A stretch of 62,820 bases of DNA, the filler included, from Klebsormidium nitens (Eukaryota > Plantae > Klebsormidiophyceae): assembly GCA_000708835.1 (NCBI GenBank). It is 5 parts of 5 records of this genome, joined end to end, with 100 filler letters (N's around TTAATTAATTAA, not from the genome) between each part and the next. Parts side by side here need not be neighbours in the genome. Positions count along the whole stretch, not along the records: positions 45,594 to 48,199 come from DF238663.1; positions 48,300 to 62,820 come from DF238042.1; 3 more parts are not named here. The stretch is one strand, 5' to 3'. This document shows, piece by piece, positions 48,064-59,899 of the stretch (positions are counted from its first letter, which is position 1; each line of letters begins with the position of its first letter). A model generated the notes under the pieces. It was given only the letters and a program-made list of their open reading frames with translations, searched no databases and was not told the origin of the DNA. A program made the position numbers and the translations under genes.

Positions 48064-48919
48064 ACAACCAGAATGTGACGTTTGGGCTATGGTTAAGTCT
48101 AACCGCTCAAACCCACAGAGTTAAGTAACGCTCGTCCGTGCGACGCGTGACGATCTAAGTCCACTGTCCAGTAGTGACACGTGGCAACAGTCGAAGTAAN
48201 NNNNNNNNNNNNNNNNNNNNNNNNNNNNNNNNNNNNNNNNNNNTTAATTAATTAANNNNNNNNNNNNNNNNNNNNNNNNNNNNNNNNNNNNNNNNNNNNA
48301 AAAATCGGGTGCGCACTCAGTACCTAGTCTCTTTTCGAGACCAGCCTTTCCACGAGGCCAGGTGGGTTGACTCGACCCTTGTAAACTTGGCCCCAGTTAG
48401 TAACGAGGACGTTACTGGTGATTTAAGGGGGGCTGGTTGTAACACGTGGATCTTTGCTGTTACATATTCGACGGTTATTGCATCCAGCTGGCATGCTTGA
48501 CACCTCTGAGCCGTCCGATGTAAGCTACTTCGCCTCGCCTAACGGCTCCCTGCCTGCATTCGAGTCTTGCACAGCACATTCAGTCTTGCGATATTTTCTG
48601 GTTTTGCATCTTGTGTCTGAGAGCTACGGCTCACTATAAAGGTGGACTTCTCCACCACGTATTAGCCCTCATTCTCAGTTCTCTGGTTTTGAGGCAGCAA
48701 TTTCTCTACAAGTTTCTTAGCTCAAGTGCTCTAAGAGTTCCTACCTTGTATAAGCGGATAATTTCCTTAGCGAAATTAGCTTCTGTTTACAAAGTGACGC
48801 CCAATTGACACGAGCCTTTTGATCGTCAAATATGCTTCATGTCCAATTTGGTGTTCTTCTGGTGAAACTTTGGAGCATGTTGAGCGGATAACATTACAAC
48901 AATTTGGTACAGGCATGGG

Positions 48920-49011
48920 TGGCGCCTCTTAGGCGCCAATCCGTCGTGGGGGGGGGGGGGGGGGGGTTGTGATGCACCGCTCACATTTGTTTGTTTTTTT
49001 TTTTTTTTTTT
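48920..49011. repeat. 8-bp hairpin, G19 run and T18 run
   Basis: TGGCGCCT-CTT-AGGCGCCA at 48920-48938; G run at 48948-48966; T run at 48994-49011. Confidence 0.9.
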
Positions 49012-49949
49012 ACAATCATCTGGCCACAAGCATCTCATCAGAGAGGAGGTAGCTGACTTGCATACGCGGTAACGCAATCTGTTTATGTATGACTGGTAAA
49101 TGATGCTGGTGAAGTGAAGTTCTCAGTCCGAGGAAACCTTCTAAACCCTCCAATATCACGGTGGGACCGCGGCGCGCACCAGCCGCGATGTTGGGCTGCG
49201 CGCTCGCGTGGTGCATGCAGCCTGGCCAGCTGCCGGGGTACTGATGCTGATCAGAGTGGCTATCAGAGGCGGTCATTGCTAACCGGGCTTAGGCCAACGT
49301 AGATATAGGCCTCCGGTCTTCTTCTGTGACGTCTCTTTCGAGACTCGGAGGTTGTAGCTGATCCAGCTGGTCGGTTCCCAACTGGTAGAGCTTCCGAGTA
49401 CAGCTCAGGCTTGTGCTTGTTCGAGAAGATTTCGTGTGGCTCCGTGGTTGAGTTTGGAGCTGATTGTTGCAAGTGCTCTGTGGCCGCGCATTTGCGTTTC
49501 GTGTGGATCGCTCTGGTTCCAAAAAACATCGGGCTCCGGGGGGCTGCCGGGTGATCAGCAAGATCGACCCAGTTTTATTGCAGAGCAGAGACGTTTCGTA
49601 GCTGGCAGCTTAGCTTGTCACCTGGACCAGTAATAAAGTTGAGTAGTTTGCGCTTGTTGGAAGCTGGTTGGTCAGCTTTGAGCTTTGTGGGCTGTGGCAC
49701 AATTGGATTGGGTTTGACTTTTTCAAGTTCACTTTTCAAGAGGCTTCTCATTGGTGATTGAGCCGGTGGCTGATTGCATTGCCAGGGTGAACGGATTTTG
49801 GGCTGTTTCTTTTAGTGTTGTGTGAAAAGCCATTCTGCTGGACGAGTTGGGTGTTGGTTTTCTCTCACTGCAATCCGATGGAGTACTGACTGGTTCATTG
49901 TGGATTGGGGTCGGCGCGTCGTCCATATGTATCTTTCTGCTTCATCATT

Positions 49950-50520
49950 TCTACTCTTTGCAGCTAGTAGTTGGGTCTGCTGAAGGTTTGTGGCTTCTGT
50001 TGATGCAAGAAGGGCGTCGAAGTGGATACCTGAGTGAAGTAGATGGATTGCACCTCGACGTGGGGTAGGGCATTTTGTGGGGGAACTTCATAAGGAAGCC
50101 ATGTCTTTTTGTGGCATACGTCCAGATGAGTAGAGGGGCATCAAAGAGTTCAGCGGCTGCATAGGCTTCCACGTCAGAGCCCCATATTGTTCTTGTCGTT
50201 GACAGTATCCACTTGACGTAGTCAGTTGCTGTCCTATATGGCTGTTCAATCTGTCGTGCTGCAAACTCTAGGGCCTCATTGTGGGCGTGGTTGACATTGT
50301 CTGCATAACGTTCCCAATGTTCAGCCACGTGTTGGGCACATCGACGTCTCGATTGGAGGTGATTTGCATCATCTTGACCTGTTGCTCGAAGGAAAGCTCT
50401 GAAGAGGCAGTTTCCATCTCCAGCCACGTTCGAGCGAATGAGGAGATTCTTGAAGAGGGGCTTATGTTCAGCGGGCGGGTTCAGAGTTTCAGTATTCACA
50501 TTCGGAGGCTGGCATTTCAT
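49950..50520 (-). pseudogene. OTU-family cysteine protease domain
   Basis: NVAGDGNCLFRAF...WGSDVEAYAAAELF, and after a frameshift HSGIHFDAL. Confidence 0.8.
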
Positions 50521-50715
50521 TGTGGGTCACTCTGGCCGTTGCTCATTTGACGTTTTCTTTTGGGCTTGCTTTTTTGGGACAAGGGTTTCGTACTGCAGCA
50601 GTGTCTGCTGCAGGTTGGTAATTGGAAAGAGACCTGGACCTTGCCATAGTATTTGGTAGCTTTTGCTTGCGTTGGGGCCCCTTGGTGGCTTGGTGGGGTT
50701 CTGATTGTTTGTGTT

Positions 50716-51160
50716 GAGGTGCGGATGGGAGCGAGGAGGGCGTTTCTGGACACGGCGATAGAGGGGGTGGAGTTCGAAGTGGAGTTGACGGACGACAAGC
50801 CCATCTTCGCGCCCCGCCGGCGGTTCTCCCAGTACGAACACGAGCTGCTGAAGGCCTACTGCGAGGAACGGGAGGCGGCGAAGCTGACAACGAGGTTGAA
50901 GCTGCCGCCGGGGGTGAAGGAGCCAAACTGCGCGTCGACGGTGATGCCACGGAAGAAGGACGCAGAAGGGAACTGGACAGAGCGGCGGATCTGCGGGGAC
51001 TACCTCCGGCACAACGACAAGACGGTGCCGGACAAGTACCCCATGCCGGTGGCGGACGAGTTGTTCGATGAGCCTGGGGGGAGCGAATGTTTCTCAACCC
51101 TGAATCTGCGGATGGGGTACCATCAGATACGCATCCGGGAGGGGGACATGTGGATCGCCA
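50716..51160 (+). mobile_element. Isolated Ty3/gypsy reverse-transcriptase N-terminal fragment
   Basis: RRICGDY...DKYPMPVADELFD...FSTLNLRMGYHQIRIREGD. Truncated before YxDD, with an abrupt composition change at both ends. Confidence 0.85.
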
Positions 51161-52434
51161 CGCCGGTCAACGCCTGCCAAATTTGGAATTTGCATTTCGG
51201 AACCGTCCGATAGACCGTACGCGTTGACTAATCGATCGAACGGTCGATATTGCAACAAATGAATATCGTGCGCGCGACCGGCTGTTGTCATGCGAGGCGG
51301 AATTGGGCCATGACTGAGTCCACTGGTCAGCACTGTGGCTACCACACTTAATGCCCGTATGCATCGTCCGCTCAGAGCACTGTATTTTTACCGTAATTGT
51401 GCGTATACGTACCAGTGCGTCAGTCTCAACATTGAAGTGTACCTACACTGACAAACTCAGGATAGCATCAATGATAGAGGGTACGGTTCTTGGCACATGC
51501 CGTAACATTGCGTGCTTACATAGGTAGTGGCGTTTCACATTGTGAGACGAATACCAGGCAACCTGGGAGGCACAATTCATTGAAGCAACGCATCACGGGA
51601 CCGTCCATGATCATCATGAAGATGCGTGCACTTAGCATCCGACATTGGGTAAAGCTTGTGAGGCACTGCGCCGTGCCCACGGTATTTTTCATGTCAACAG
51701 ATGTGTTCAATGAATGACTGCTGAAGGCATGCAGCTCAATAATCAGATTCAAGACTCCATTACTAATAGTGAATGTTTGCACTACAAGCTAGGAGCTTAG
51801 AACTTGAGCCCAGAACCTTCAGCGTAGGCGTCGGACACTTCCACAAGAAAAGTCCAAGTGCGAGAGGATGGCCCCAAAAACTAAGCACACGCACAGTCAA
51901 GAGGGTCGATACACCCAAACCCAAAAGGACAAATGGATCAGGTTGAAACAGCTTGTGGGTAATATTCGAGTCCATCTTGAACTCCATGAGGGCACATCTG
52001 ATATCAAGGTCCTTGAGCATGTCTGCGAGCACATCGACTTATTTCAACGTTTCGAGCGCGATGCCGCTCCTATCATTTGTAGCCTTGGGCATCCCTCAAC
52101 CCAACGCGAGCATGATGCGCTTCAGGCCCAAGGTCCTGCAACACATGGAAACCAAGCTTTTGGATCTCCTGATATAGGCAGCAAACGGCCAGCAACCATG
52201 GGAGCAGGAGAAACGCCAGACCCCAAGGCGGAGACCCCCCCCTCAAGGCAGAAAACAGATAAGGAGTTGAGGAGCAAACACCCTAGAAAAGTGAGCTTAA
52301 ATAGTCTTTCTAATTGAAGGCATGATGCAGCTTAGTGAGATTCTGTTTTTGCATACAGCAACCAACAAAGCACGTCCGTTGAGCCTGAAAGCACGCAAAC
52401 CTGCTCTCTCAAAAGTATCATGCCATAACTCACC

Positions 52435-55400
52435 TTGCAAATCAAGATGCCCTTTATCTTGCAGCGCCGCACTACAACCACAAGACCGGCGAGGCAATTT
52501 GCGGCAGCATTAGATGCTGCTGCACGATCGGACAGTGAGCGCGATGTACCTGCAGTGGGCGGGGTCACTCATCAACTTCCGATAACTGGCCAAGACGACA
52601 ATAGGAGTGAGCCGCCTTCCAGAAGCAGATCTCCCTCCGAGGATGGGAGGCTCTACCTGCAAGTATTGCAGAACGCTGTCGTAACTAGCGGGGAGGCTAC
52701 CGCATATGTGGCTCCCGTGGTTCCGGCGGTTGCCGCGCGCACACGACAACAAGGGCAACCGGTTCAAGTCATTGTGACACCGCTGTCGACCGCACGCTCC
52801 AAGATGGCAACACAACCGGCGACTGTCCTCAGCGCCCATCAGCCAGCTTACGTCACCAACCACGAAAGTGGATCCCAACCTGGATCCCAATTCTTTCATG
52901 GCAGCCTTCATTACGCAACAAGCAGCTCAGCACCAGTCTACGGTTTTCGTGCAGCAACAAGCACAAACGCATGTCACAGGAGGGCATCCCTTGAGCGCGC
53001 CGCACGGGGACGCGGCCCGAAACCATGCGCCAGGGCAGCCTGCAATGACATCGCCCCGGGGGGTGACCGGGGGGCGCTCCGATGTCGAGGGAGCGCGAGA
53101 GGCAAGAGCGGGGGGGGGCAGCGACACAACAACGAGCTGCGCGGCAGCCTGAAATGGCATGGCAGGGGGGGTTTGAGGGTGTTCCCTTCCTGGGGGGCGT
53201 GGGGGAGAGGAGGGTCGGAAAAGAGCTCACCACCTCGTTGGCAGCCGGCCAGCCGACCGTGGATGCGCTGAGGCAATTCAAGCCAAGTCCTTTCTTGGGC
53301 GAGAGAGAGGGGGGAGTTTGGGGGGTATTCGACTCCCAACGATCAGCGATAGGGCAGGCTGGCGTTGCAGGGTCGTCGGAGGGCGTCCGAGGAAACCCGT
53401 TTCAAGAGGAGAGGCAAGTCCCGAGAGGAGCATCTTTGCACGAACGGGTAGCGGGGCAACAAGACATGAGCCCGCCGGGGGTATGCGAAAGCACTCTACT
53501 CTCTGGGAGGGGGGGGTGGCAAGTCCGCAGGGAAGTAGGTTTTCAGCAGGAGTTGGAGGGGCAACCAGGAGTAACCTTGTCGGGCCTATCCGGGGCTGGT
53601 CCGTTCCAAGGCGGTATGGGGGGGGTGCCGCACCACCATTGGGCCAGGCAGCTTGGACTCACCCCGTTGGCAGGATCGGCAGGCTCCCCTTTTTTGGGGG
53701 GGAGGGAGCAGCACTTCGGAGGTCGGGGCGGGGGGGTGGAATGGGAGGCCGGACAGGCACCGGCAGACTTTGTGGGCAGCCCGCTTTTCGCGAGGGACAG
53801 GTGGCGAGGGCAGACGATGCACCAGACGAGCCTCCAGAGCTGGCCTGCATCATCGGGACGGACAACACGTAAGCGCACTGCAAAGGTTTTATATGTTCAT
53901 CCAGATACTCTTCAATTAGTGGTCACCCGTGGGTTTGGTTGCTATAGCATTTTTCACATGCCGACGAGTTTGACCTGGTCCTTTCTTTCCATCGGGTTTT
54001 TGTGTTTGTGAGTCCGACTGCAACACAGAGTCACATTCCAAAAGACACCTCAAAACAGGATCCAAAACACCACTTACTTGCAGACGGCCAAGCTACAGAA
54101 AACGTTCGTCGACCTGACCTCTATGGCTCTCACGAACGGAGAGGACAGCCGGCTTGGGAGGACGTACCTTGGCTGGGAGGGGAGCGTCGGCGACCGGCAG
54201 ACGCAAGCACTTTCGGAGGGCCGTTGATCTCCGAACGTCTACGGCCAGCCCCGGTGGATGCACGGCTCCAGATGTTAGGCTCCGGCTTCCCAATTCCGGA
54301 AGAGCGGAGGCCCGACCTGGCTTCGGATTTTGGGGGGCCCGCCGTGAAGTTCTCCCCGGTTTTAGCGGCGGGCATGGCGTCTCCGAACCTGGGGAGAGAA
54401 ACCAAAGGCGTCCATATCAGGTCCTCGAGGAGAGAGTCCGGATAGAGAACGACGGAGGGCGTGAGTCGAATCTACCGCAGCCTACAGTCACGCAGGCAAC
54501 TGTGAACGGCAGCACAGCCGGAGATCGGTCGAGTTCCGTCCAACGAGCGTTTGGATCACCCTTCGCGAGAACGCCTACTCAAGTTCGGCATCGGAACCTA
54601 CTCCAAAATCCAGCGATGCCTTCCAACGACAGAGCCAATCAAGGAAGCTGCCAAGTATGTGACCTCAAGTTGAAAACGCAAGCATATTTGGGCCCTAGCA
54701 TGAATTCAGAAGCACGTCAGTTCTTGTGGGAACCTAAGGATCGTTGCTTGTATTGCTAGCAAACGACGCTTCTAGTTTGCCCTTTAAGAGCTTGTCAAAC
54801 TTTCAGTACAGATGCCGTTTTAGGTATACACCCCGATTCAAAAGTTTTATAACGTGGACTTATTAACCCTACATGCAATTGGGGCCATTCTCAGTCGGTT
54901 TCAAAATCTGGAAAATTAGCCAACTCCTATTATGAGATGTTTGAGGTGCAAGCACCTTGAAAGTTGATGTGAGGTGGCCAATACAAAAATGGCAATAAAA
55001 TACTATGACGTGTGCCAAATGGCCTTATTTTGCCACGAATTGTGGTGACCCCTGTGCGGTAAGGCTCCGGTCTTGACACCTCGAATGGATTCTTCTCGGT
55101 CTCAATGGTGCTTTGTGAACACAATGGCTTGTTGTGTTTCCCCAGTGGCTTTCGCCGGAAGAACCGTACTCGAAAGCCGGTGGTGCGGGCGTACAAAGTC
55201 ACAGGTCCGCCGCGCGCGTTCCGTCGAGGATGGAACGCTTTGAATTTTAAATTCCAAGAGTCTCGTGTCAACCCCCAATTCATTGATAACGAACCGTTTT
55301 GTGAAGCACGCGAGTTTTGCCCATCAAAAAGTGATACATGCAAAAAAGCAAAAAATGCATGGAGTCGGGCTCGAACCCGCGACCTCGCGCTAGGCGCTCG

Positions 55401-58400
55401 GACGCTCAGCTCGGCTACGGACAGGCGTCAAGAGGCCTTGATCTGGCACATTAGTGGCCTAATTTATTCTATATAGGGTTGTGTTCAATTTGGTTAGGTA
55501 AAAGGAAACAACCCAATAAAGTGTGAACCGTAACCGGGTTAGATTGCCACGTCATCCGGGTTAGGTTACGAAACTTCTGAATCGGGCTGAAGAGTGATCG
55601 AACCATGTAAACTGGATGTAAGTTACCTAAAGCCTTACCCTTCTTGCAGCCGACGTTGAGGAGGGAGTTCGCTTGCACGTCTTACAAGTGGTGGAGAGCG
55701 GGAAGACGACGACCGCGGCAGAAGTTGCTGCCCTGTTCAACAACGAAGGGGAAGAGGAAACTCAAGTCAGGGCGGAACGAGTGGTTGCGGTCGTTTCCGC
55801 AAAGTTGGGAAGCCTCGTGGGCATCCACACAATGCGTGAACGCAGGCATGTTACTTTTGAGCAAGGCAGTTGACCCGGTGGAGTTGCTGCATCAGCAATT
55901 GAGCACAGCGAAGCGGGAGAAGGACGGGTTGCAGAGAGAGATCGAGGGTTTGAAAAAGGAGCTGGTGGCGGAGCGGGCAACGCTGGAGGGAAGGCCTTCA
56001 GCGGAGAACCTCAATAAGCTCCTGCAAAGGGAAGTGAGGCGGCTCAGAAAGGATTACAACGGAGACTCGGATGGGATGGGCGAGTTTGACATTCGGAAGT
56101 TGAACTTTGAGCAAGAGATTGCCAAAGTAGACCCTCAGCTTTAGGCGTTTCTAGACAGGCTCTGTTGGAACGAGCAAGCGGTCCTCGATGCGCAGCGGCT
56201 GGGGCAGCGAAAACAGGGGAATGCAGTCAAAGAAAATAAACGAAGGGTTCGGGTTTGGTTTGCCCTCTCGATCATGTGCTTCTCGGCCAACAAGGAAGCA
56301 AAGCACCCACTGCAAGTGGCGTTGGCGGCCTTGGTGCAATCGACAAGTGGCTCCTCAATCTTAATGAAAACCCTGAACCGCCTGGGGGCGACCGTGAGCA
56401 AAAGCACTCTCGACAGGTACGTCACTGCCCGGGGTAAACAGATAATAAAGGACGGTCCATACCGCCAGCTGCCCCCAGCTTACGAGACGGCCTTTGTGGT
56501 AGCCAGCCTAGATAACCTCGACAAGAACGCTTCCTCTAGCTTCCGATATGACGGCAAGATGGCCCCGGACATGCACGTGACAACCGTCCAAATCACGGCA
56601 CAAAAGTCAATTCAGCTGCCACCGGAGGGGACGGGGGGGGAGCGCGCGGCCATACCTATTTTCACAGAGGCGCAGATGAAGGACAGACGGCGAGGAGTTT
56701 GACCAAGGGGGACAAGTGGATCGATCGGCCGCCCGATGAGAGTCTCCCCGGCTGCATCCGGCTCGACGCTCGGCAGTCGTATCGGAGCCCCTTCGAAACC
56801 CTGCAAGGGAAAGGCTTAACGGTTGAGGACATTGTGGGGATGAAGGAACCATATCGGGCGGCGTGGGAGCAGAATCACAAACATTGTTTCGGCAGGTGGT
56901 AAAACGGGAAAGAACGGCGGTGAAAGGAGAGCTACGATGGAGCCTGCGAGACAGCTTGGCCGCAGAAGCTACAGCTAGGCATGAGCCTTCGGTAGTTGTC
57001 TACGTGGGAACGTACGATCTGAAGGCCAGCCAGTGACAAGCAACAGCTGTCGGAATCCATTTTCCGCATCGCTCGTGCCCTGGAAGTGGGCAGCCGTCTG
57101 AAGCATCTGGTTGTGGCGGGGGACCAGCAGACTTGGAAAATGATGGTCGAGCTCAAAAACGAACACCCGTCGCTCTTCCCCTGGCTCTTACCCTACCCTG
57201 GCGACTGGCACTTCTGCCTCAATCTGCATCCGGTCTACAAAAAAATATACTTCGACGCTGGCCTGATCGACCTTGCACCCCTGATGGGCTACCCCCATGA
57301 CGCGACAATTTTGAAAGAGGGCACCAACTTCCGCCGCAACAACCTATTCAAGCTCCGGGTAATAATCCCATTTCTCCCACATACTTTATTTTCCACGGAG
57401 GCTTGGGTGCTTCAGTACGCTTCAACGCCGTTTTGTTCTACTTTCAGAATCCGCAACCCCCATCTTCTTGCTTTACCCGTTCAGATTCAGCGTGCCACGT
57501 CCTGTTAATCCGGATTACAAGGACAGCTGACACTTGTAACGCACCCAAAATAAGTCGAAAATGATAAAATTTGGCGACTCACTTGTGTCAGGTATGGGAG
57601 GCGATGTTTCGCTTCCAGCTCAAGCTCTTTTGGAAGAGCGGAGGCCTGCCTTTCCTTGACGCTGCTGCGGCGACGGAGCTGGAGGAAGAGGTTCGGAGGG
57701 CGGAGAGGCCTGGGCCACCTGCGGACGGGGACACGGTGGATCAGGCAGAGCTTCCCGCGCGAGTGCAAGCAGTGCTCGACGCGCTAGGGGTCGACCTGGA
57801 CGGCCTCTATGTTGCTTTCATGGTTTGGGGTAAAAAAGCCTCCGAATCGAAGAAAACGTGGCGGTTTTGGTGGGACTACGTTCACCAAGAAGGGCTTGCG
57901 TACGTGTCTTTGTTCCTAGCGATTCGGACGGGCAACTGGAACCTGAAAATGGCAGTCTACGTAAAGCTCGCCCCTCTAGTTAGATCGCAAGACAGGACGC
58001 ACTACCAGCAGCTGGTGCCCATTCACTTGGCGGACATGCAAGCCTGGCCCTCCTACGTAGTCAGAGCATTAGCTAATGGAGCCTGGGTTGCAAACCTTTC
58101 TGGCCGCCCGCACGTGTGTCTTGGAAAAGACGAGTGCCACGAGTGCTTGGTGAACCTAAACGTCAAGGGTGCCTCGCATAACGCCGTTAGCTCTGAAAAC
58201 CTCCAAATTATGACAAACACGCTGCCCTACATAGGAGAAGCGGTAAAAAACGTGCACCAGCAGGTCGACGGACTGGGGCGGCGTAACGTGGTGGACGACA
58301 AAGAAAGTAGCAACGAGGGCACCCAACGCTACTCTGAAATCAACATTCAAAACGCGACAAACCATCTCCTCGAACACGGTTGGCTCTCACCTGAATTGGT

Positions 58401-59670
58401 GCCACCGGAGCAAGATAGGCTGGGCCACTTGTTCAAAGCAACGGTTGCCACCAAGGACTCCTAGGAGGACTTGCTGAAATTCCGGGGCATAGGGGGGCAG
58501 CACCTCGGCATCTTCGTAGAGCACACAGTGCTCCGAGTGCCCATGTCGCTGCGCTGGAGGGTGAACCCGAAGACCAATCTGGACGGGTACGTTGCGGAGT
58601 CAGCGAGGAAACAGAAAAACCGACATGATAGGAAGCAAGACCTTGCCCGAGACTTCCAAGCCATCAAAACCCTCTACGACAGTGCAAGGAACGGGCTGCC
58701 ATATGACAAGAACTTCCTCCAAGCTAACCCCATTGCTTAGGCTCTGTTTACACCCGAGGGCAGCCTTCGCAAAGGAGCAAAGAGCAAGTTCATCAGGTAA
58801 GGCCGCTGTTACGAGCTAAAACTACTCTTGCTCACACTAGAAGGAATGCTTTCAACTTGGGCTCCACAGTCCGATCGATCACAACCAATCGAGCATAGCC
58901 AATCATGCAGGTTGGTAAATTTTGTCAACTAGAGGTGGTACAAATGTATCAAAGGCACAATTGCTAATGCTATTGTCAGGTACATTGTGGGGGAGAAGAC
59001 GTTTCATGACTGCCTGCTCAACCACTACCCTTCCGTCAAAGCCTGTATTATCGACGGAATGTTCTGGATCAACTCACCACCCCTGCCGGCCCATCGCGTG
59101 CACCACAATCCAGGACTACGTGGCACAGCTGGGAACTCAAGTGCTTGCCAAGCTTGCCGGTGAGCATACCAATCAGATCGCTGACATTAAGAAGGGCTTT
59201 GCAATGTGTCCTCACTGAAAACGCTCGAAGCAGCTTTTTTGAAACACGTTGGAACGTAGAGTCCTGACCAGTTTCCACACACTCACCGCGGTTGGCGGCC
59301 GCCATGGTGCCACGATAACCGTTGCGCAAACCCGCGGTTCTGATCGGCGCCGGTGACCGCAAGGTGCACGACTTGCTGCTGCTGAGGTCACACCGCATTC
59401 TTCTGCGAGCACCTCAGTCTAATACGTCCACCAAATTCCAGTAGGATGTCCATCGCCTGTAAGATAACCAGCGTTTCTGGTTAACGATGTTTCAATGTTA
59501 CGCCGAACCCATAGTGCGCACCCAACTGAAGAAGTTTGGTTACTCTTCAGGAAGAAATGTTGCGCGAGTTGACCTCGTTTTTGACGACATCAACCACGCC
59601 AGCGGGGATAAGAGTTTCCTTTAAGCGCAGCGGCGCGAAAAGGCTTCGTCCTCGACAAAACCCGTAGTGA
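52435..59670 (+). mobile_element. Academ-like (AcademX-type) DNA transposon: spliced DDE transposase + XPG/PIN nuclease, decayed
   Basis: SLDNLD (~56510), VVAGDQQT (~57115), PGDWHF, LAIRTGNW, DECHE (~58130), PEGSLRKGAKSK, ACIIDGMF (~59045) and RVDLVFD (~59570). Phase-0 intron at 57359-57591. The 5' extent is inferred and no TIRs were found. Confidence 0.7.
55342..55424 (-). ncRNA. tRNA-derived Pol III-like unit (SINE head or tRNA pseudogene)
   Basis: A-box-like TAGCCGAGCTG (55407-55417), B-box GGTTCGAGCCC (55367-55377), then two T6 runs. Cloverleaf stems are degenerate. Confidence 0.5.
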
Positions 59671-59778
59671 TTCCTAAGCCCATGGAAATGGACACAACCA
59701 ATTGAAGCGAAAATCTACAAAAGTTGATCTCTTTTTCGGTTTCCTCCTTTCGTCCTTCCTTTTGTGGATTCCGCGGAA

Positions 59779-59814
59779 TTGCTTGTTTGATTGCTTGTTT
59801 GATTGCTTGTTTGA
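59779..59814 (+). repeat. 12-bp tandem repeat x3
   Basis: (TTGCTTGTTTGA)3. Confidence 0.9.
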
Positions 59815-59899
59815 GAGGCGCTTGCTTCTAGTAGCGTTTTGGTTTGGGACACTTGTCTCCGTAGCGTTTGGCTGGCGTTTCTGCCGTATTGCATAGGTG

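Noticed and set aside
52853-54445. Many overlapping 70-200 aa ORFs on both strands
   Set aside because: These are expected in very GC-rich sequence; only one plus-strand spliced path is coherent.
55011-55450. Possible TIR pair TGTGCCA...TGGCACA around the tRNA-like unit
   Set aside because: Only 7 bp match perfectly and there is no target-site duplication.
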